This document shows, piece by piece, positions 52,250 to 62,440 of a stretch of 64,000 nucleotides of DNA (position 1 is the stretch's first letter; the number at the start of each line of letters is the position of its first letter). Where the stretch lies: the NCBI GenBank assembly GCA_040830765.1, contig JBFOMH010000017.1, positions 192,001 through 256,000 on the forward strand, given 5' to 3'. The DNA is from Puniceicoccaceae bacterium. Its GTDB lineage: Bacteria > Verrucomicrobiota > Verrucomicrobiia > Opitutales > Oceanipulchritudinaceae. Under the pieces are notes generated by a model. That model made no database searches. It was not told where the DNA came from and saw nothing but the letters and a program-made list of their open reading frames with translations. The position numbers were made by a program, and so were the translations under genes.

Positions 52250-54682
52250 TCAGGGCAATGCGGTTTCAAATTGCAGAAAGAGTGGTCCCGATTGCAGGGA
52301 ATCCAGAGTCCAGGAAAATTCGACTGACTTAAACTCCGGTCCATCAGTTGGGTGATCCGTCCAGTTGACGGCATGAAGGCCGTCGGAGGCCCAGTTTTGC
52401 AAGTCCGAACCGCTGTATGGATTGAGCGCGTTTTCCATAACGGATGCCACCCTGTTGAATCGTGCCACGAGACCGGTCCCGGTTTCGACGGAGAGACTGA
52501 ACGGCTGGCCCGGATCCCCTTCGAGAGGGCTTCCTCCAAAGACGAACTCCTCGATTAAACTCCATCCGTCTCCGTCCAGGTCTGTGTCCGGGTCCTGGTT
52601 GACGACGAGGAAATACTCCCGCAGCCAGGCAACAAACGCATCGTGTTGGGTTGATAGGGAGGCAGCAGGGGTGTAGCGGAAAATGAATCCCGGCCCAACT
52701 TCTGGATCCGAGGTATCCGAGGTCAGCCCTCCGAATACACTGATTCCATAGAATGAACCCTGGTGGTAGAGGAGCCTGCGCATGGGTGTGTTGCCCTGTA
52801 GCCCGGAGGTGAATCGGTGGAAGACGGTAAAGTCCGTCCCGTCCTCCATCATGCTGAAAAGTGTTCCTGCTTCGCCCCCTGTTCCATTGCTGCCATGGGC
52901 GACCCCATAAAGTGCGCCACTTGCGTCAATTGAGATCAAGGCGCCGTTTGGTTTCGAACCCGTACCGGGGTTCAGGCCGAAATCGTGGAGAATATCCAAC
53001 TCGCCGGTGGAAGTTGAGTAGGCGAATATGTTCCCCATGCTGTTGGCGGTGAATACCTCCCCGAATGTCGTTCCGATAAACGTGTCACCACCATCCCAAT
53101 ACAAGTCGTCATAGGGGTGACCGCTCTCGCCAGCACCATCGAAGCTGTGCAACAGCTCAAACACATGACTGTCTTTGTTGATTCGGTAGAGGCTGCCGAA
53201 ATTGTCCGAGCCATGCTCAAAGAAGTCTGAGGCGGTTCCGTAGAGCCAGTCACCAACTGGCAGCAGTTGTCCAGTCGGGTGGCGGCCGGTATCGACTGTA
53301 AAGCTATGGAGCAACTCGATGGGCCCGGTCGGCAAGGGGAACTTGTAGAGGGCGCCACCAAAACCCGTGCTGCCACCATGGTAGGTTGTTCCGTAGAGGG
53401 CACCGTCCATAAGGATAGGCGCGGAGTGAGGGGCCCATCCAGTACCTGATGCCAGGGTGAATTCATGGAGGGTTTGAAAATTAGTGCCGTCCAGATCCAC
53501 CTTGAACAGTGTTCCCCGGTCATCTGATCCGCCAAACTTAGTCACTCCGTAGAGGGTGGTTCCGTCGGTGGCCAATCCGTTGAAGACCTCCCTGCCATCC
53601 ACTCCGTCAAATGCATGCAGGGTAGTCAACTTGAGGGTCGAGGGGTTGAAGCAAAAGACGGTGCCGGCATCATCGGGTCCCCCCTTGTAGGTTGAGCCGT
53701 AGAGCTTGCCTCCGGTCTCTATCAACTCACTGAAGCTACGGAATCCGTCACTGCCTTCAAACAGGTGCACCGGACTGAAATGACCATGTATTTCCGGATA
53801 TCCATTCAATTTGAATATCTGCAGGAAGGCCTCGATTTCCAGGAGGCTGAGGTGGATCACCGGTTTGTCTTCCAGTGAAAATTCCGGCAGGTACAGAAAG
53901 AATGCATGCGACTTGCCTTCCCATAGCCGTAGTTTTGCGGGATTACCCAATAAGCGTACCGCTTCCGCAAAATCCGAGGATTGGTCGGGGGGAACAACGG
54001 AGTCGGCATCACCGTGGAGTAGCAGGGCCGGCGGATCATTGCTGTCGATATGCAGTAGTGGTGAAATGGATTCAGCTAATGCAACATCCGATGGCGTCAA
54101 GCCGGGTTTAGTCATGGCCCATGAAATGGAGGTCAGAAGGGTAATCGGATTGACCAGTATGGTGGCGGCCGGGTAGGGCTGGGGTACCGGAATGCCAGAG
54201 GAGCGAGGATCCTCAATGTATCCAATGCAACCGGCAAGGTGACCCCCTGCAGATTCTCCACCAACGATGATTTTGTTCGCATCGACGCCCAGGGATTCAG
54301 CATTTTCATGAATCCAATAGAAGGCATCCCGGACATCCTCCACGCAGTCGAAGATCGTTGATGAGTCACCGGCAAGCCGGTACTCGATGGAAATGGCGGT
54401 ATACCCGAGGCGAGCAAAGTAGGCAGCATGCGGGTACAGCTGTTGGGGGTTTCCGTTCTCCCATCCCCCACCATGAATCCAGACGATGCAGCTGCGGCGG
54501 GTATTGTCCTCGGGTAATGGCTCAAAGACGTGAAGCGAGAGATCGGTGTTTCCGACTGTCTTGTAGGCGATTACCTGGTCCGGTCCCGTATCGAGCAAGG
54601 CGTCCTCAAACAGGCCCGCGACGTCCCTCGCAGTAGTGACTTGCAAGCTACAGAGGAGAACCGGTATCGCGAGCCATCGCAT
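52250..54682 (-). CDS. Secreted alpha/beta-hydrolase (esterase) fused to a beta-propeller repeat region and C-terminal anchoring-type domain
   Basis: HGGGW, GESAG, HGDADSVV and SHAF motifs; repeats LYGxTxxGG...G(T/A)(V/L)F...LHxF. Confidence 0.82.
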   Translation of the reverse strand: MRWLAIPVLLCSLQVTTARDVAGLFEDALLDTGPDQVIAYKTVGNTDLSLHVFEPLPEDNTRRSCIVWIHGGGWENGNPQQLYPHAAYFARLGYTAISIEYRLAGDSSTIFDCVEDVRDAFYWIHENAESLGVDANKIIVGGESAGGHLAGCIGYIEDPRSSGIPVPQPYPAATILVNPITLLTSISWAMTKPGLTPSDVALAESISPLLHIDSNDPPALLLHGDADSVVPPDQSSDFAEAVRLLGNPAKLRLWEGKSHAFFLYLPEFSLEDKPVIHLSLLEIEAFLQIFKLNGYPEIHGHFSPVHLFEGSDGFRSFSELIETGGKLYGSTYKGGPDDAGTVFCFNPSTLKLTTLHAFDGVDGREVFNGLATDGTTLYGVTKFGGSDDRGTLFKVDLDGTNFQTLHEFTLASGTGWAPHSAPILMDGALYGTTYHGGSTGFGGALYKFPLPTGPIELLHSFTVDTGRHPTGQLLPVGDWLYGTASDFFEHGSDNFGSLYRINKDSHVFELLHSFDGAGESGHPYDDLYWDGGDTFIGTTFGEVFTANSMGNIFAYSTSTGELDILHDFGLNPGTGSKPNGALISIDASGALYGVAHGSNGTGGEAGTLFSMMEDGTDFTVFHRFTSGLQGNTPMRRLLYHQGSFYGISVFGGLTSDTSDPEVGPGFIFRYTPAASLSTQHDAFVAWLREYFLVVNQDPDTDLDGDGWSLIEEFVFGGSPLEGDPGQPFSLSVETGTGLVARFNRVASVMENALNPYSGSDLQNWASDGLHAVNWTDHPTDGPEFKSVEFSWTLDSLQSGPLFLQFETALP

Positions 54683-54687
54683 TGGTA

Positions 54688-55428
54688 TTAAATCTTGTTG
54701 ATCATGTTGGCGAGGTAGGCAGCTCCGAAGCCGTTGTCGATATTGACCACACTTAGCCCGGAAGCGCAGGAGGTAAGCATTCCCAGCAAGGCCGCTACTC
54801 CGCCAAAACTGGCCCCGTAACCGACACTGGTTGGAACGGCAATGACCGGAACGCTGACAAGGCCACCAACAACGCTGGGCAGAGCCCCTTCCATACCGGC
54901 CACCGCGATAACCACCTTGGCCTTGCGCAATGTCTCAAGGTCGGCAACCAACCGGTGCAACCCGGCAACCCCGGCATCATAGATGGTGTTGACCGTGTTG
55001 CCGTAAAACTCGGCGGTTATGCGAGCTTCCTCTGCCACTGGCAGGTCGGAAGTACCAGCACAGACTATGCTGATGAAGGATTCTGTTCCCGTTGTGGGGG
55101 AATTTTTAAGGACCACCGTCCGGGCGGTTTCTGAATGCTCCGCCTTGGGAAAAGTCGCTGTTAAGACTTCCGCTTTCTCCGGAGCCACGCGTGTGATGAG
55201 AACATCCTGGTCCCTTTGCAGGAGGCTGTTGGTGATATCGACCAGTTGTTGGGGTGTCTTGCCCTCGCCAAAAATGACTTCGGCAGCCCCGTTCCGTTCG
55301 AGTCGATCGTGATCCACCCGCGAGTGGCCAATGTCTTCATAGAGGCTGGAGCGCAGCTTTTCGACAGCGGCATCCACTTCCATCTGGCCGCTTTCCACGG
55401 CCTCAAGTATTTTTCTAAGATGCGACAT
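54688..55428 (-). CDS. larB: Nickel-pincer cofactor biosynthesis carboxylase/hydrolase
   Basis: AGTSDLPVAEEA, DAGVAGLHRL, AGMEGALPSV, PTSVGYG and NIDNGFGA motifs. Confidence 0.93.
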   Translation of the reverse strand: MSHLRKILEAVESGQMEVDAAVEKLRSSLYEDIGHSRVDHDRLERNGAAEVIFGEGKTPQQLVDITNSLLQRDQDVLITRVAPEKAEVLTATFPKAEHSETARTVVLKNSPTTGTESFISIVCAGTSDLPVAEEARITAEFYGNTVNTIYDAGVAGLHRLVADLETLRKAKVVIAVAGMEGALPSVVGGLVSVPVIAVPTSVGYGASFGGVAALLGMLTSCASGLSVVNIDNGFGAAYLANMINKI

Positions 55429-55429
55429 G

Positions 55430-56587
55430 CTAATCCTTCAATTTTTCTTCAACTTCCCTGAGTGAAAGGTTGTTTTCCCGGGCAATGCGACTGAGGTCAT
55501 CAAACTCCACTTTCGAGCGGATAAGCCTACCATCCAGGAATGCGGACTTTACCCGGACCTTGCCGAGTGGGGTTTCTTTTTCCGAGATCTCCCGGTCCAG
55601 GATGGTCCGGTTCCATGAACGCCAGCGCACCCCGAGGGTCGTGCTGTGTTCCAGCAGAATCGTCGTGATGCTTTCCCGATCACCTGGCTGTATCAGGATC
55701 GACAATACACAACCCATGCGGCCTTTCTTGAAGGTGGCTGGTGTTTGCCAGACGTCGAGGGCTCCGGCTTTCAATAATTCCTCAACCAGGAAGGCGACAT
55801 GTTCCGGGGACATGTCATCGAGATTGGTGGCCAGTTCGATAACCTCACCCGAAGGGGCTGTTGCCTCGCTCGTTTCCTCGATCAGGGAGACATAGACGAC
55901 ATTGGCCGCCGCAGGATCGTCCCGCTGGCCGATACCGATGCCCGTGGCGAGTGTTTTCCCAGTAATGGCCTCGCCGAAATGGCACTCTTTTCCCACAAGG
56001 AGGGCGGCACCCGTCGGGGTGGTGGCTTCACCGGAGGTACCGCCGAACGAGACCGGAAGATCTTTCACCAGCTTGGCTGTTGCCGGGGCGGGTACAGGCA
56101 TGCGGCCATGGGCACACTGGACGGTTCCACTACCCAGCTCCACGGTGGAGGCGGCAACCCGGTCAATCCCCAAAAGTTTCCAGCAGATGGCGGCGCCCGT
56201 TATATCGATGATGGAATCGATGGCTCCGACCTCATGGAAATGGATGGCTTCGGGTGGCTTGCCATGAACGGCACCTTCCGCTTCCGCCAATGCCCGGAAG
56301 ACCGCAATCGCATCCCGTTGCACATCCGAATCAAGCGCCGAGTTCTCAATGATATCCTTGATATCAGCAAACGTGCGGTGGTGATGGGAGTCCTCGTGCG
56401 TGACATCACAGCGCGTCCCGGCGATTCCCTTCCGCTTGTCCTTTTCAAACCGCAGGGACCATCCCTCAAGATGGAGCTTTTGTAATTCCTCAACAATGGC
56501 ATCCGGCTCAACACCAAGGTCGACCATGGCTCCAAGGTTCATGTCTCCGCAGAGGCCGGCTGGACAGTTGTAGAATAAGGTCTTCAT
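55430..56587 (-). CDS. larC: Nickel-pincer cofactor nickel insertase
   Basis: GDM, HFHEVGAIDSI, HGRMPVPAPAT, TPTGAA, NLDD, KKGR and TTLGVR motifs; single uninterrupted ORF. Confidence 0.93.
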   Translation of the reverse strand: MKTLFYNCPAGLCGDMNLGAMVDLGVEPDAIVEELQKLHLEGWSLRFEKDKRKGIAGTRCDVTHEDSHHHRTFADIKDIIENSALDSDVQRDAIAVFRALAEAEGAVHGKPPEAIHFHEVGAIDSIIDITGAAICWKLLGIDRVAASTVELGSGTVQCAHGRMPVPAPATAKLVKDLPVSFGGTSGEATTPTGAALLVGKECHFGEAITGKTLATGIGIGQRDDPAAANVVYVSLIEETSEATAPSGEVIELATNLDDMSPEHVAFLVEELLKAGALDVWQTPATFKKGRMGCVLSILIQPGDRESITTILLEHSTTLGVRWRSWNRTILDREISEKETPLGKVRVKSAFLDGRLIRSKVEFDDLSRIARENNLSLREVEEKLKD

Positions 56588-57304
56588 TTAAAATCCAAGA
56601 TGAATAGCGGTTCCACACAGTAGAATGATGAGGCCGGCCATGACATGGCCATAACGGCTGAAGCGCCGGAAAGGAATCCATTCCATGCCGCGTTGCATGA
56701 GATAGACCACACCCATCATGGTGCCGATAGTCGATGCGGCAAACAGGAGGGTCGTCATCCCCGCCAACCACCAGTCGTGTTGCACAGCCGGGAAGAAGAG
56801 GATGGGAATAAATGCCTCACAGGGGCCGAAAATGAAAATGACGAACAGGCTCCATGCGGTGACGGTGTGACGTTGATTGGCTAAATGGGGATGAGCGTGT
56901 TCTCCCTTGTGGGTATGCGGATGGCGGTGGATGGTTCCGTCTGCATGGACATGGGTGTGGCTGTGCTCCTTCTTGCGCCCCAGTCCCTTGATGGCCCAGG
57001 CCAGGTATATTGCTCCCATGCCAGTCAGTAACCAGGCAGCGATGGTTCCCCGCGCGGATTCAATCCACTCCAGGCTTCCAAGACTCCAGCCCGCGAGGAC
57101 ACCGATGGCTCCGAGCGCAATCGAACCAAGGACGTGACCAAGGCCGCAAATACCCGTCAGGAGCAGGGTTTTCCGGGCGGACCATTTTCGGGCTTTGGCC
57201 AGGGCGACAAAGGGCAGGTAATGGTCCGGTCCCAGCAAGGTGTGTGTCACACCGACGACCATGGCCGTCAAGAGGAGAGCGCCTGAACTGGAATCAATGA
57301 GCAT
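56588..57304 (-). CDS. Nickel/cobalt transporter (UreH/RcnA/NiCoT-like) with His-rich loop
   Basis: HTLLGPDH motif in TM1; loop HSHTHVHADGTIHRHPHTHKGEHAHPH; GPCE motif; lies directly upstream of larC. Confidence 0.78.
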   Translation of the reverse strand: MLIDSSSGALLLTAMVVGVTHTLLGPDHYLPFVALAKARKWSARKTLLLTGICGLGHVLGSIALGAIGVLAGWSLGSLEWIESARGTIAAWLLTGMGAIYLAWAIKGLGRKKEHSHTHVHADGTIHRHPHTHKGEHAHPHLANQRHTVTAWSLFVIFIFGPCEAFIPILFFPAVQHDWWLAGMTTLLFAASTIGTMMGVVYLMQRGMEWIPFRRFSRYGHVMAGLIILLCGTAIHLGF

Positions 57305-57410
57305 ACCGCTAGAACGCTAACTGCAGTCGGCCGCTTCGCAAATCAAATTCCCATTTCCCATTGTCCAGCTTCATTTGACAAGCTGCAGCATCGTGGCATC
57401 ATGGTTATTC

Positions 57411-58235
57411 ATGTCCAATGACCTCCCCATTGATGACTGTCTTGCCCGCCTGTCCGGGTGGTTTGCCGATGCGCCCGGTGTTCTGGTGGCATTTTCCGGA
57501 GGCGTGGACAGCTCCCTGGTGGCGTTTCTGGCACATCACTATTTAGGCGATGAGCGTTCACTGGCCGTGATATCCGCGTCACCCAGCCTGAAGATGTCCG
57601 AACTGGACGGGGCACGGGCCTTTGCCCGACGGCACAAGATACCGCTGGAGGTCATTACTACCCGGGAGATGGAGAATCCCAATTACACCAGCAATCCGGC
57701 CAATCGCTGTTATTTTTGTAAGCATACGCTCTATACCGAGCTGGCGGAGATGCGGGAAAAGTACCCTGATTGGTGGGTCCTGAACGGGCAAAACACGGAT
57801 GACCTTGGTGATTATCGTCCGGGCCTGCAGGCAGCGCGGGAGTTTGAAGTCCGGGCTCCTCTCGGTGAATGCGGCATCGACAAGGAAACGGTACGGCGGC
57901 TCGCGGCCCATTTCGGTCTGGAGTGCTGGGACAAGCCTGCCAGTCCCTGTCTATCCTCCCGCGTGCCCTACGGGCAGGAAGTAACCTTTGAGAAGCTGCG
58001 CCAGATTGAGAGTGCTGAACAGTTCCTCAACGAATCAGGATTTCCGGTATGCCGGGTTCGCCATTACGGTGATACCGCGCGCATTGAATTGCCCGCGGAG
58101 AAGATAGCCGCCATACAGGCAATGCAGGAGATTGTCCGGGAGAAATTCCAGGAAATTGGTTTTCAGCATGCGGAAATTGATCCCGAAGGATTTGTCTCCG
58201 GAAAACTGAACCGCGTGCTGGGCACAGCGAACTAG
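57411..58235 (+). CDS. larE: Nickel-pincer cofactor ATP-dependent sulfur transferase
   Basis: PP-loop AFSGGVDS, RCYFCK, DDLGDYRPG, PCLSSR and RVRH motifs. Confidence 0.93.
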   Translation: MSNDLPIDDCLARLSGWFADAPGVLVAFSGGVDSSLVAFLAHHYLGDERSLAVISASPSLKMSELDGARAFARRHKIPLEVITTREMENPNYTSNPANRCYFCKHTLYTELAEMREKYPDWWVLNGQNTDDLGDYRPGLQAAREFEVRAPLGECGIDKETVRRLAAHFGLECWDKPASPCLSSRVPYGQEVTFEKLRQIESAEQFLNESGFPVCRVRHYGDTARIELPAEKIAAIQAMQEIVREKFQEIGFQHAEIDPEGFVSGKLNRVLGTAN

Positions 58236-58238
58236 TCC

Positions 58239-59453
58239 TTAAGCAAAGTAGCGTTCCGAGCGCCGGGCGATTTCCGGGTAATCCACGTTATAGTGGCAAT
58301 CATCGCGCAGGCGGGATAGATCCAGTCCGCTGTGCTGACGTTCGCTGGCGTTGAGGCTGGCAAAGTAGTTGCGCGCCTCGATTTCCCCGTCCCGTTCATA
58401 ATAAGTGACATAGCGGGAAATGTCCTGGAAGGCATATTCGGTCTTGTTGGCCCAGTCGTTGCAACTGGGGCATCCCGGGCACATGGGGGCCTTGGTCATG
58501 TAGGCGATTTCCCCGAGGGTGTCACGAATCTGCTGGTCCACCGGCTTGGAGTAGGCCAGGGCGGCGCCGACGTTTTCCTCGATTTGTTCCACGTTCTTCA
58601 TGGAAGAGCAGATGGAAGCGATACGGGTGTCGCTCCAGACGGAGTGGAGCAGAGCCTGCTGGGTCGTCAAGCCGGTTCCCTCAAGATTGGGGTGTGTCTT
58701 TGGCGACTCGGCAAAGGGTTGCATCTCCTTCATGGCAATCAGTCCGATGCCCGCCTTGTGGAGGGCATCAAGAGCCTGGTCCAGTTCGTCCCCTGGTTGC
58801 ATCAGGGGATTGTACTTCAACATGATGGCATCGCAGAATCCGCCTTCCGCAGCGGCGTTGAGGTACTCAATGAGCTTGGCATCATGGCAGGAGAAACCGC
58901 AGTACTTGACCTTGCCGCTGGCCTTCAATTCATCAAAGACATTCTTCAGGCGCTCGCTCTTGGGCCATTCCAGGGACTCCTTGCCGTACTGGCGTGTCCC
59001 GATGCCGTGAATGAAAAAGAGGTCCATGTACTCCATGCCCATGTTTTCAAGGCGCTTGTCGACCATGGTCAGCAGTTCCTCGGGTCCCTTGGTCGGATGG
59101 TCCTTGGTGACAATGAAGACGTCCTTGCGACGCTCCGGGTAACGCCGGCACCAGGCACCGACATTCTTTTCCGATTGTCCCTTCATGTAGCAGTCTGCTG
59201 TATCGAAATAGCGGATACCCATGTTCCAGGCAATGTCGAGGTACTGCGGGCTGTGGGCATTCATCATGCCCCCGATGTTAAGCATTGTTACCATGGGCCC
59301 GTTTTTTCCGAGCTGACGCATGGGAAGGGCCTTGGCGGATTCGGACTTTCCCTCGGCGGCAGCTGCAGTTGCGGGAATGGCGGCAACGGCAGCCGGGATG
59401 GCGACGGAGGACTTGAGAAAGTTTCGGCGGGAAGTGGATGGATTCTTTTTCAT
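58239..59453 (-). CDS. Tat-signal aldo/keto reductase with C-terminal Cys cluster
   Basis: SRRNFLK signal; FDTADCY, VTK and FFIHG tetrad motifs; C-terminal CPGCPSC...C. Confidence 0.85.
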   Translation of the reverse strand: MKKNPSTSRRNFLKSSVAIPAAVAAIPATAAAAEGKSESAKALPMRQLGKNGPMVTMLNIGGMMNAHSPQYLDIAWNMGIRYFDTADCYMKGQSEKNVGAWCRRYPERRKDVFIVTKDHPTKGPEELLTMVDKRLENMGMEYMDLFFIHGIGTRQYGKESLEWPKSERLKNVFDELKASGKVKYCGFSCHDAKLIEYLNAAAEGGFCDAIMLKYNPLMQPGDELDQALDALHKAGIGLIAMKEMQPFAESPKTHPNLEGTGLTTQQALLHSVWSDTRIASICSSMKNVEQIEENVGAALAYSKPVDQQIRDTLGEIAYMTKAPMCPGCPSCNDWANKTEYAFQDISRYVTYYERDGEIEARNYFASLNASERQHSGLDLSRLRDDCHYNVDYPEIARRSERYFA

Positions 59454-59467
59454 AACTTTGGGATGGT

Positions 59468-59671
59468 TTACTTGATTTTCCTTTCGAGGCTTTGGATCCG
59501 TTTCCCCATGCGGGTCAGGATCTTGCGATAGTGGGATGGAAGCTCAGCGCACAACTCGCAATGGAACCGGGTCGCCGTGCTGTTTTTCTCGGGGTAAGTG
59601 TACTTTTCGCCACAGGCCCCGCAGGTCTTTTCGCGGGTTGCCGGTTGCAGCTTTAATTCCTTAACGGGCAT
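59468..59671 (-). CDS. Small CxxC-CxxC zinc-ribbon-like protein
   Basis: 67 aa with CGAC and CELC; fills the gap within the operon. Confidence 0.6.
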   Translation of the reverse strand: MPVKELKLQPATREKTCGACGEKYTYPEKNSTATRFHCELCAELPSHYRKILTRMGKRIQSLERKIK

Positions 59672-59680
59672 AAATGATTC

Positions 59681-61423
59681 CTAACGCTTTTTCTTCACCA
59701 GGTCGAGCAAACTGGAGGGATCACCGCCATCCATGAGGAGGCGTCGGTCGGTGGAACGGGTTTCCCCGATGGCCGTAACCCGGATGGCAGCATGGTCCTT
59801 GACCGGGCATTCGTGTTCACAAATGCCGCAGCCGATGCAGAGGGAAGGATCAACATAGGGACGCCGGACGGTCATGGAGCCGCCGTCGCGTTTCCGGATG
59901 GTGACCTCATGCGAATAAATGGCCTTGGGTGATGTTGGGCACACTTCCTCGCAGACCACACAGGGGGTTTCCATGGCCCAGGGAAGGCAGCGACCGTGGT
60001 CGTAGAAGGCGGTTCCGATCTTGACCGGACCCTGTTCGGCAAACTGGCCACGGCCGTTTTTCTCCTCGATGGAGATTCGCTGGATGGCACCGGTCGGGCA
60101 GACCTGTCCACAAAGGGTGCAGTTGAGCTCACAATAACCCACCTTCATGTTGAGGATGGGCGTCCAGAATCCTTCCAGACCGGCTTCCATGACGGTTGGC
60201 TGGAGGACATTGGTCGGACAGACGCGGATGCACTGGTCGCACTTGATGCAGCGTTCGAGGAAACCTTCCTCGGCCACGGAACCTGGCGGACGGATGACCT
60301 TCTTGTTGAAGTTGGCGTCGCTGTCCCCGGAAGCCCGGGCGACCGCGTAGCCGGCTACACCCAGCAGGGAGGCGAGGGCGGCCCGTCTTCCCGGAAGGGG
60401 CGGGCCAGCGACCTCATGTTCCTTGTTGGGCATGAAGCTGAAGGAGATGGCATCGACCGGGCAGTCATCGATGCATTCAAAGCAGACAAAGCACTCGCTC
60501 TTGCGCAACTGGGTGTGGGGATCGCTGGCTCCCTGGCAGTTCTTGAGGCAGGCATCACAATCGATGCACTTGTTGGGATCGCGCTCGATACGGATGACGG
60601 AAAACCGTGAAAGAACCCCGAGAAAGGCCCCCAAGGGGCAGACCGCGCGGCAGAAAAAGCGCGGGATGATGACGTTCATCCCGACAAAGAAGAGAAGGAT
60701 ACCCCCGATCAACCAAGCCCCGACATGAAAGTACTGTTCAACGTAGAAGGTGTCCGGGAAGATCAGGTTGATCCCCGGGAGGATGGCCGTGGCCATGGAG
60801 CGGTGGAAGAGACAGATTGGGTCGAGGAGGCCTATCTGCAAGGAGCCGAACAAGGCGGCGACGATCATCGCCAGCCAGATAACATACTTCAGTTGCTGCA
60901 GGTTGGAGAAGCGGTTCGACTCGATGCGCTGCTGTTCATCCCGGCTGCCGAAAAGGAAATTGGTCAGTTGGTGGAGCGTCCCGTAGGGACAGATCCAGTT
61001 GCAGAAAAAGCGGCCCAGGAGAAGGGTGGGGATAAGCAGGATGAGCCCGAGAATGAGGGCTTTGTAGACAGTGCCGGTGGTTATCGCGGTGGCCACGCCG
61101 ACCAGTGGATCAACTTCAAGGAAGAGGGAGACCGGATAGCCCTTGAGGTAGCGCAGGTCGGTGATGACGACAAAAAACAGGAAAAGGATGAAGAAGAAGG
61201 CCTGGGAAATGATCCGCACCCGGGTGATGCGCATGTCGGCCATGATGGTGCTGAAAAACCAGCCTATGGCCCGGGCGAAGGCATTCCGCGGGTCCGGTAC
61301 GCTTCCGCGGGAATTATTCTTGGCGGACTTGATATAATCGGTGACCGGAGATTCCGGGCGTGTTTCCTGTTCCGGTTGATGGCCCTTGCCGCCACATCCA
61401 CAGTTGCCGCTGCCACAGCTCAT
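59681..61423 (-). CDS. Membrane polyferredoxin (NapH/MauN-like membrane part fused to NapG/MauM-like 4Fe-4S part)
   Basis: FCNWICPYG and FCRAVCPLG motifs plus multiple CxxCxxCxxxCP clusters and RPPG. Confidence 0.88.
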   Translation of the reverse strand: MSCGSGNCGCGGKGHQPEQETRPESPVTDYIKSAKNNSRGSVPDPRNAFARAIGWFFSTIMADMRITRVRIISQAFFFILFLFFVVITDLRYLKGYPVSLFLEVDPLVGVATAITTGTVYKALILGLILLIPTLLLGRFFCNWICPYGTLHQLTNFLFGSRDEQQRIESNRFSNLQQLKYVIWLAMIVAALFGSLQIGLLDPICLFHRSMATAILPGINLIFPDTFYVEQYFHVGAWLIGGILLFFVGMNVIIPRFFCRAVCPLGAFLGVLSRFSVIRIERDPNKCIDCDACLKNCQGASDPHTQLRKSECFVCFECIDDCPVDAISFSFMPNKEHEVAGPPLPGRRAALASLLGVAGYAVARASGDSDANFNKKVIRPPGSVAEEGFLERCIKCDQCIRVCPTNVLQPTVMEAGLEGFWTPILNMKVGYCELNCTLCGQVCPTGAIQRISIEEKNGRGQFAEQGPVKIGTAFYDHGRCLPWAMETPCVVCEEVCPTSPKAIYSHEVTIRKRDGGSMTVRRPYVDPSLCIGCGICEHECPVKDHAAIRVTAIGETRSTDRRLLMDGGDPSSLLDLVKKKR

Positions 61424-62427
61424 ACGCGAACCTCCTTCCAGATGGTTTGCTGCCAGTTCATGTTGCCGAGGCCCCGCTCGTGGGCCTTGTGGAGGTAATC
61501 CAAGCCCGCGATGTCGCGCTCGAGAAGATTCGTGTAGCCATAGCTGTCGACGGCGACCATGTCAGTCCCGGCCACGACGGTGCCCATCTCCTTGACGTCC
61601 GAAAGCCGACCGCCGGTTGGCCCGTTGCTGATGAGCACGCTCATGCCGTCAAGGACGACCAGTGAGGGCTTAACCATCAGCGCAAAATCGGAAATGATGC
61701 TGTGAATGTGCTGGTGAAACTGGTTGCGACGTCCGCCGAGGAGCCCGTACCAGTTCTTCATGGTCATGGAGGCGCTGCAGAGGTTGTGGTCCTTGCAGGG
61801 GGCAATCCCGATGACCTTGTCAGCCTTTTCGAAGGGACGGTAGAAAAGGGGCCAATGGCGGAGGATTTCCCCTTCCAGCTCAAGGTTGGTAAAGGCGCTT
61901 TGCTCGGGATACATGAGCTCGAGGTCCAGCTCCCCGGCCACGGCCTGGAGGCCGCTCTTGAGGAAGCATCCCGCCGGGCTGTTGATCGGATTGTCCGCGA
62001 CAATGATCTTTTTTGCTCCGGCCTCGAGGACCAGTTGGGCAATCACTCGCAGGCTGTCCGGATGGGTTGTTGCTGCCAGGGCCGGCGGCCGGTCAAAGGC
62101 CACGTTCGGTTTCAGCAAGACCACATCTCCCTTACTAATAAATCGTTGAATGCCCCCGAGGGCATCAATGGCCGCCCGTGTCACGGCAAAGCGATCGGAG
62201 CCATGGGCAATTCCCAGATCTGCCTGGGAAGCGGTTTTTTCTGCAACAAAGCTAGGGAGGGTAATGCCTGACTGTTCCTGAAAACCGGGGACAAAATGCT
62301 CCCGCTGCCAGAGGTAGAATCCGGCTGCCATCGCCCCTGCCGATGCTGTCCCCGTCAAGGCCATGTGCCGCAGGAATTGGCGGCGGTTCATGCCTTTGGG
62401 ATCGGGTTCGACGGGTGGACGGGGCAT
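61420..62427 (-). CDS. DUF362 domain protein with Tat-like signal
   Basis: NRRQFL; VLLKPN, THP, KDH, MKNWYG, GPTGG and DMVAVD motifs. Confidence 0.85.
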   Translation of the reverse strand: MPRPPVEPDPKGMNRRQFLRHMALTGTASAGAMAAGFYLWQREHFVPGFQEQSGITLPSFVAEKTASQADLGIAHGSDRFAVTRAAIDALGGIQRFISKGDVVLLKPNVAFDRPPALAATTHPDSLRVIAQLVLEAGAKKIIVADNPINSPAGCFLKSGLQAVAGELDLELMYPEQSAFTNLELEGEILRHWPLFYRPFEKADKVIGIAPCKDHNLCSASMTMKNWYGLLGGRRNQFHQHIHSIISDFALMVKPSLVVLDGMSVLISNGPTGGRLSDVKEMGTVVAGTDMVAVDSYGYTNLLERDIAGLDYLHKAHERGLGNMNWQQTIWKEVRV

Positions 62428-62440
62428 TTTTCGGTTCCTT

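Noticed and set aside
55430..56587. Programmed frameshift in larC, as known in some lactobacilli
   Set aside because: The ORF is continuous and contains both N- and C-terminal LarC motifs.
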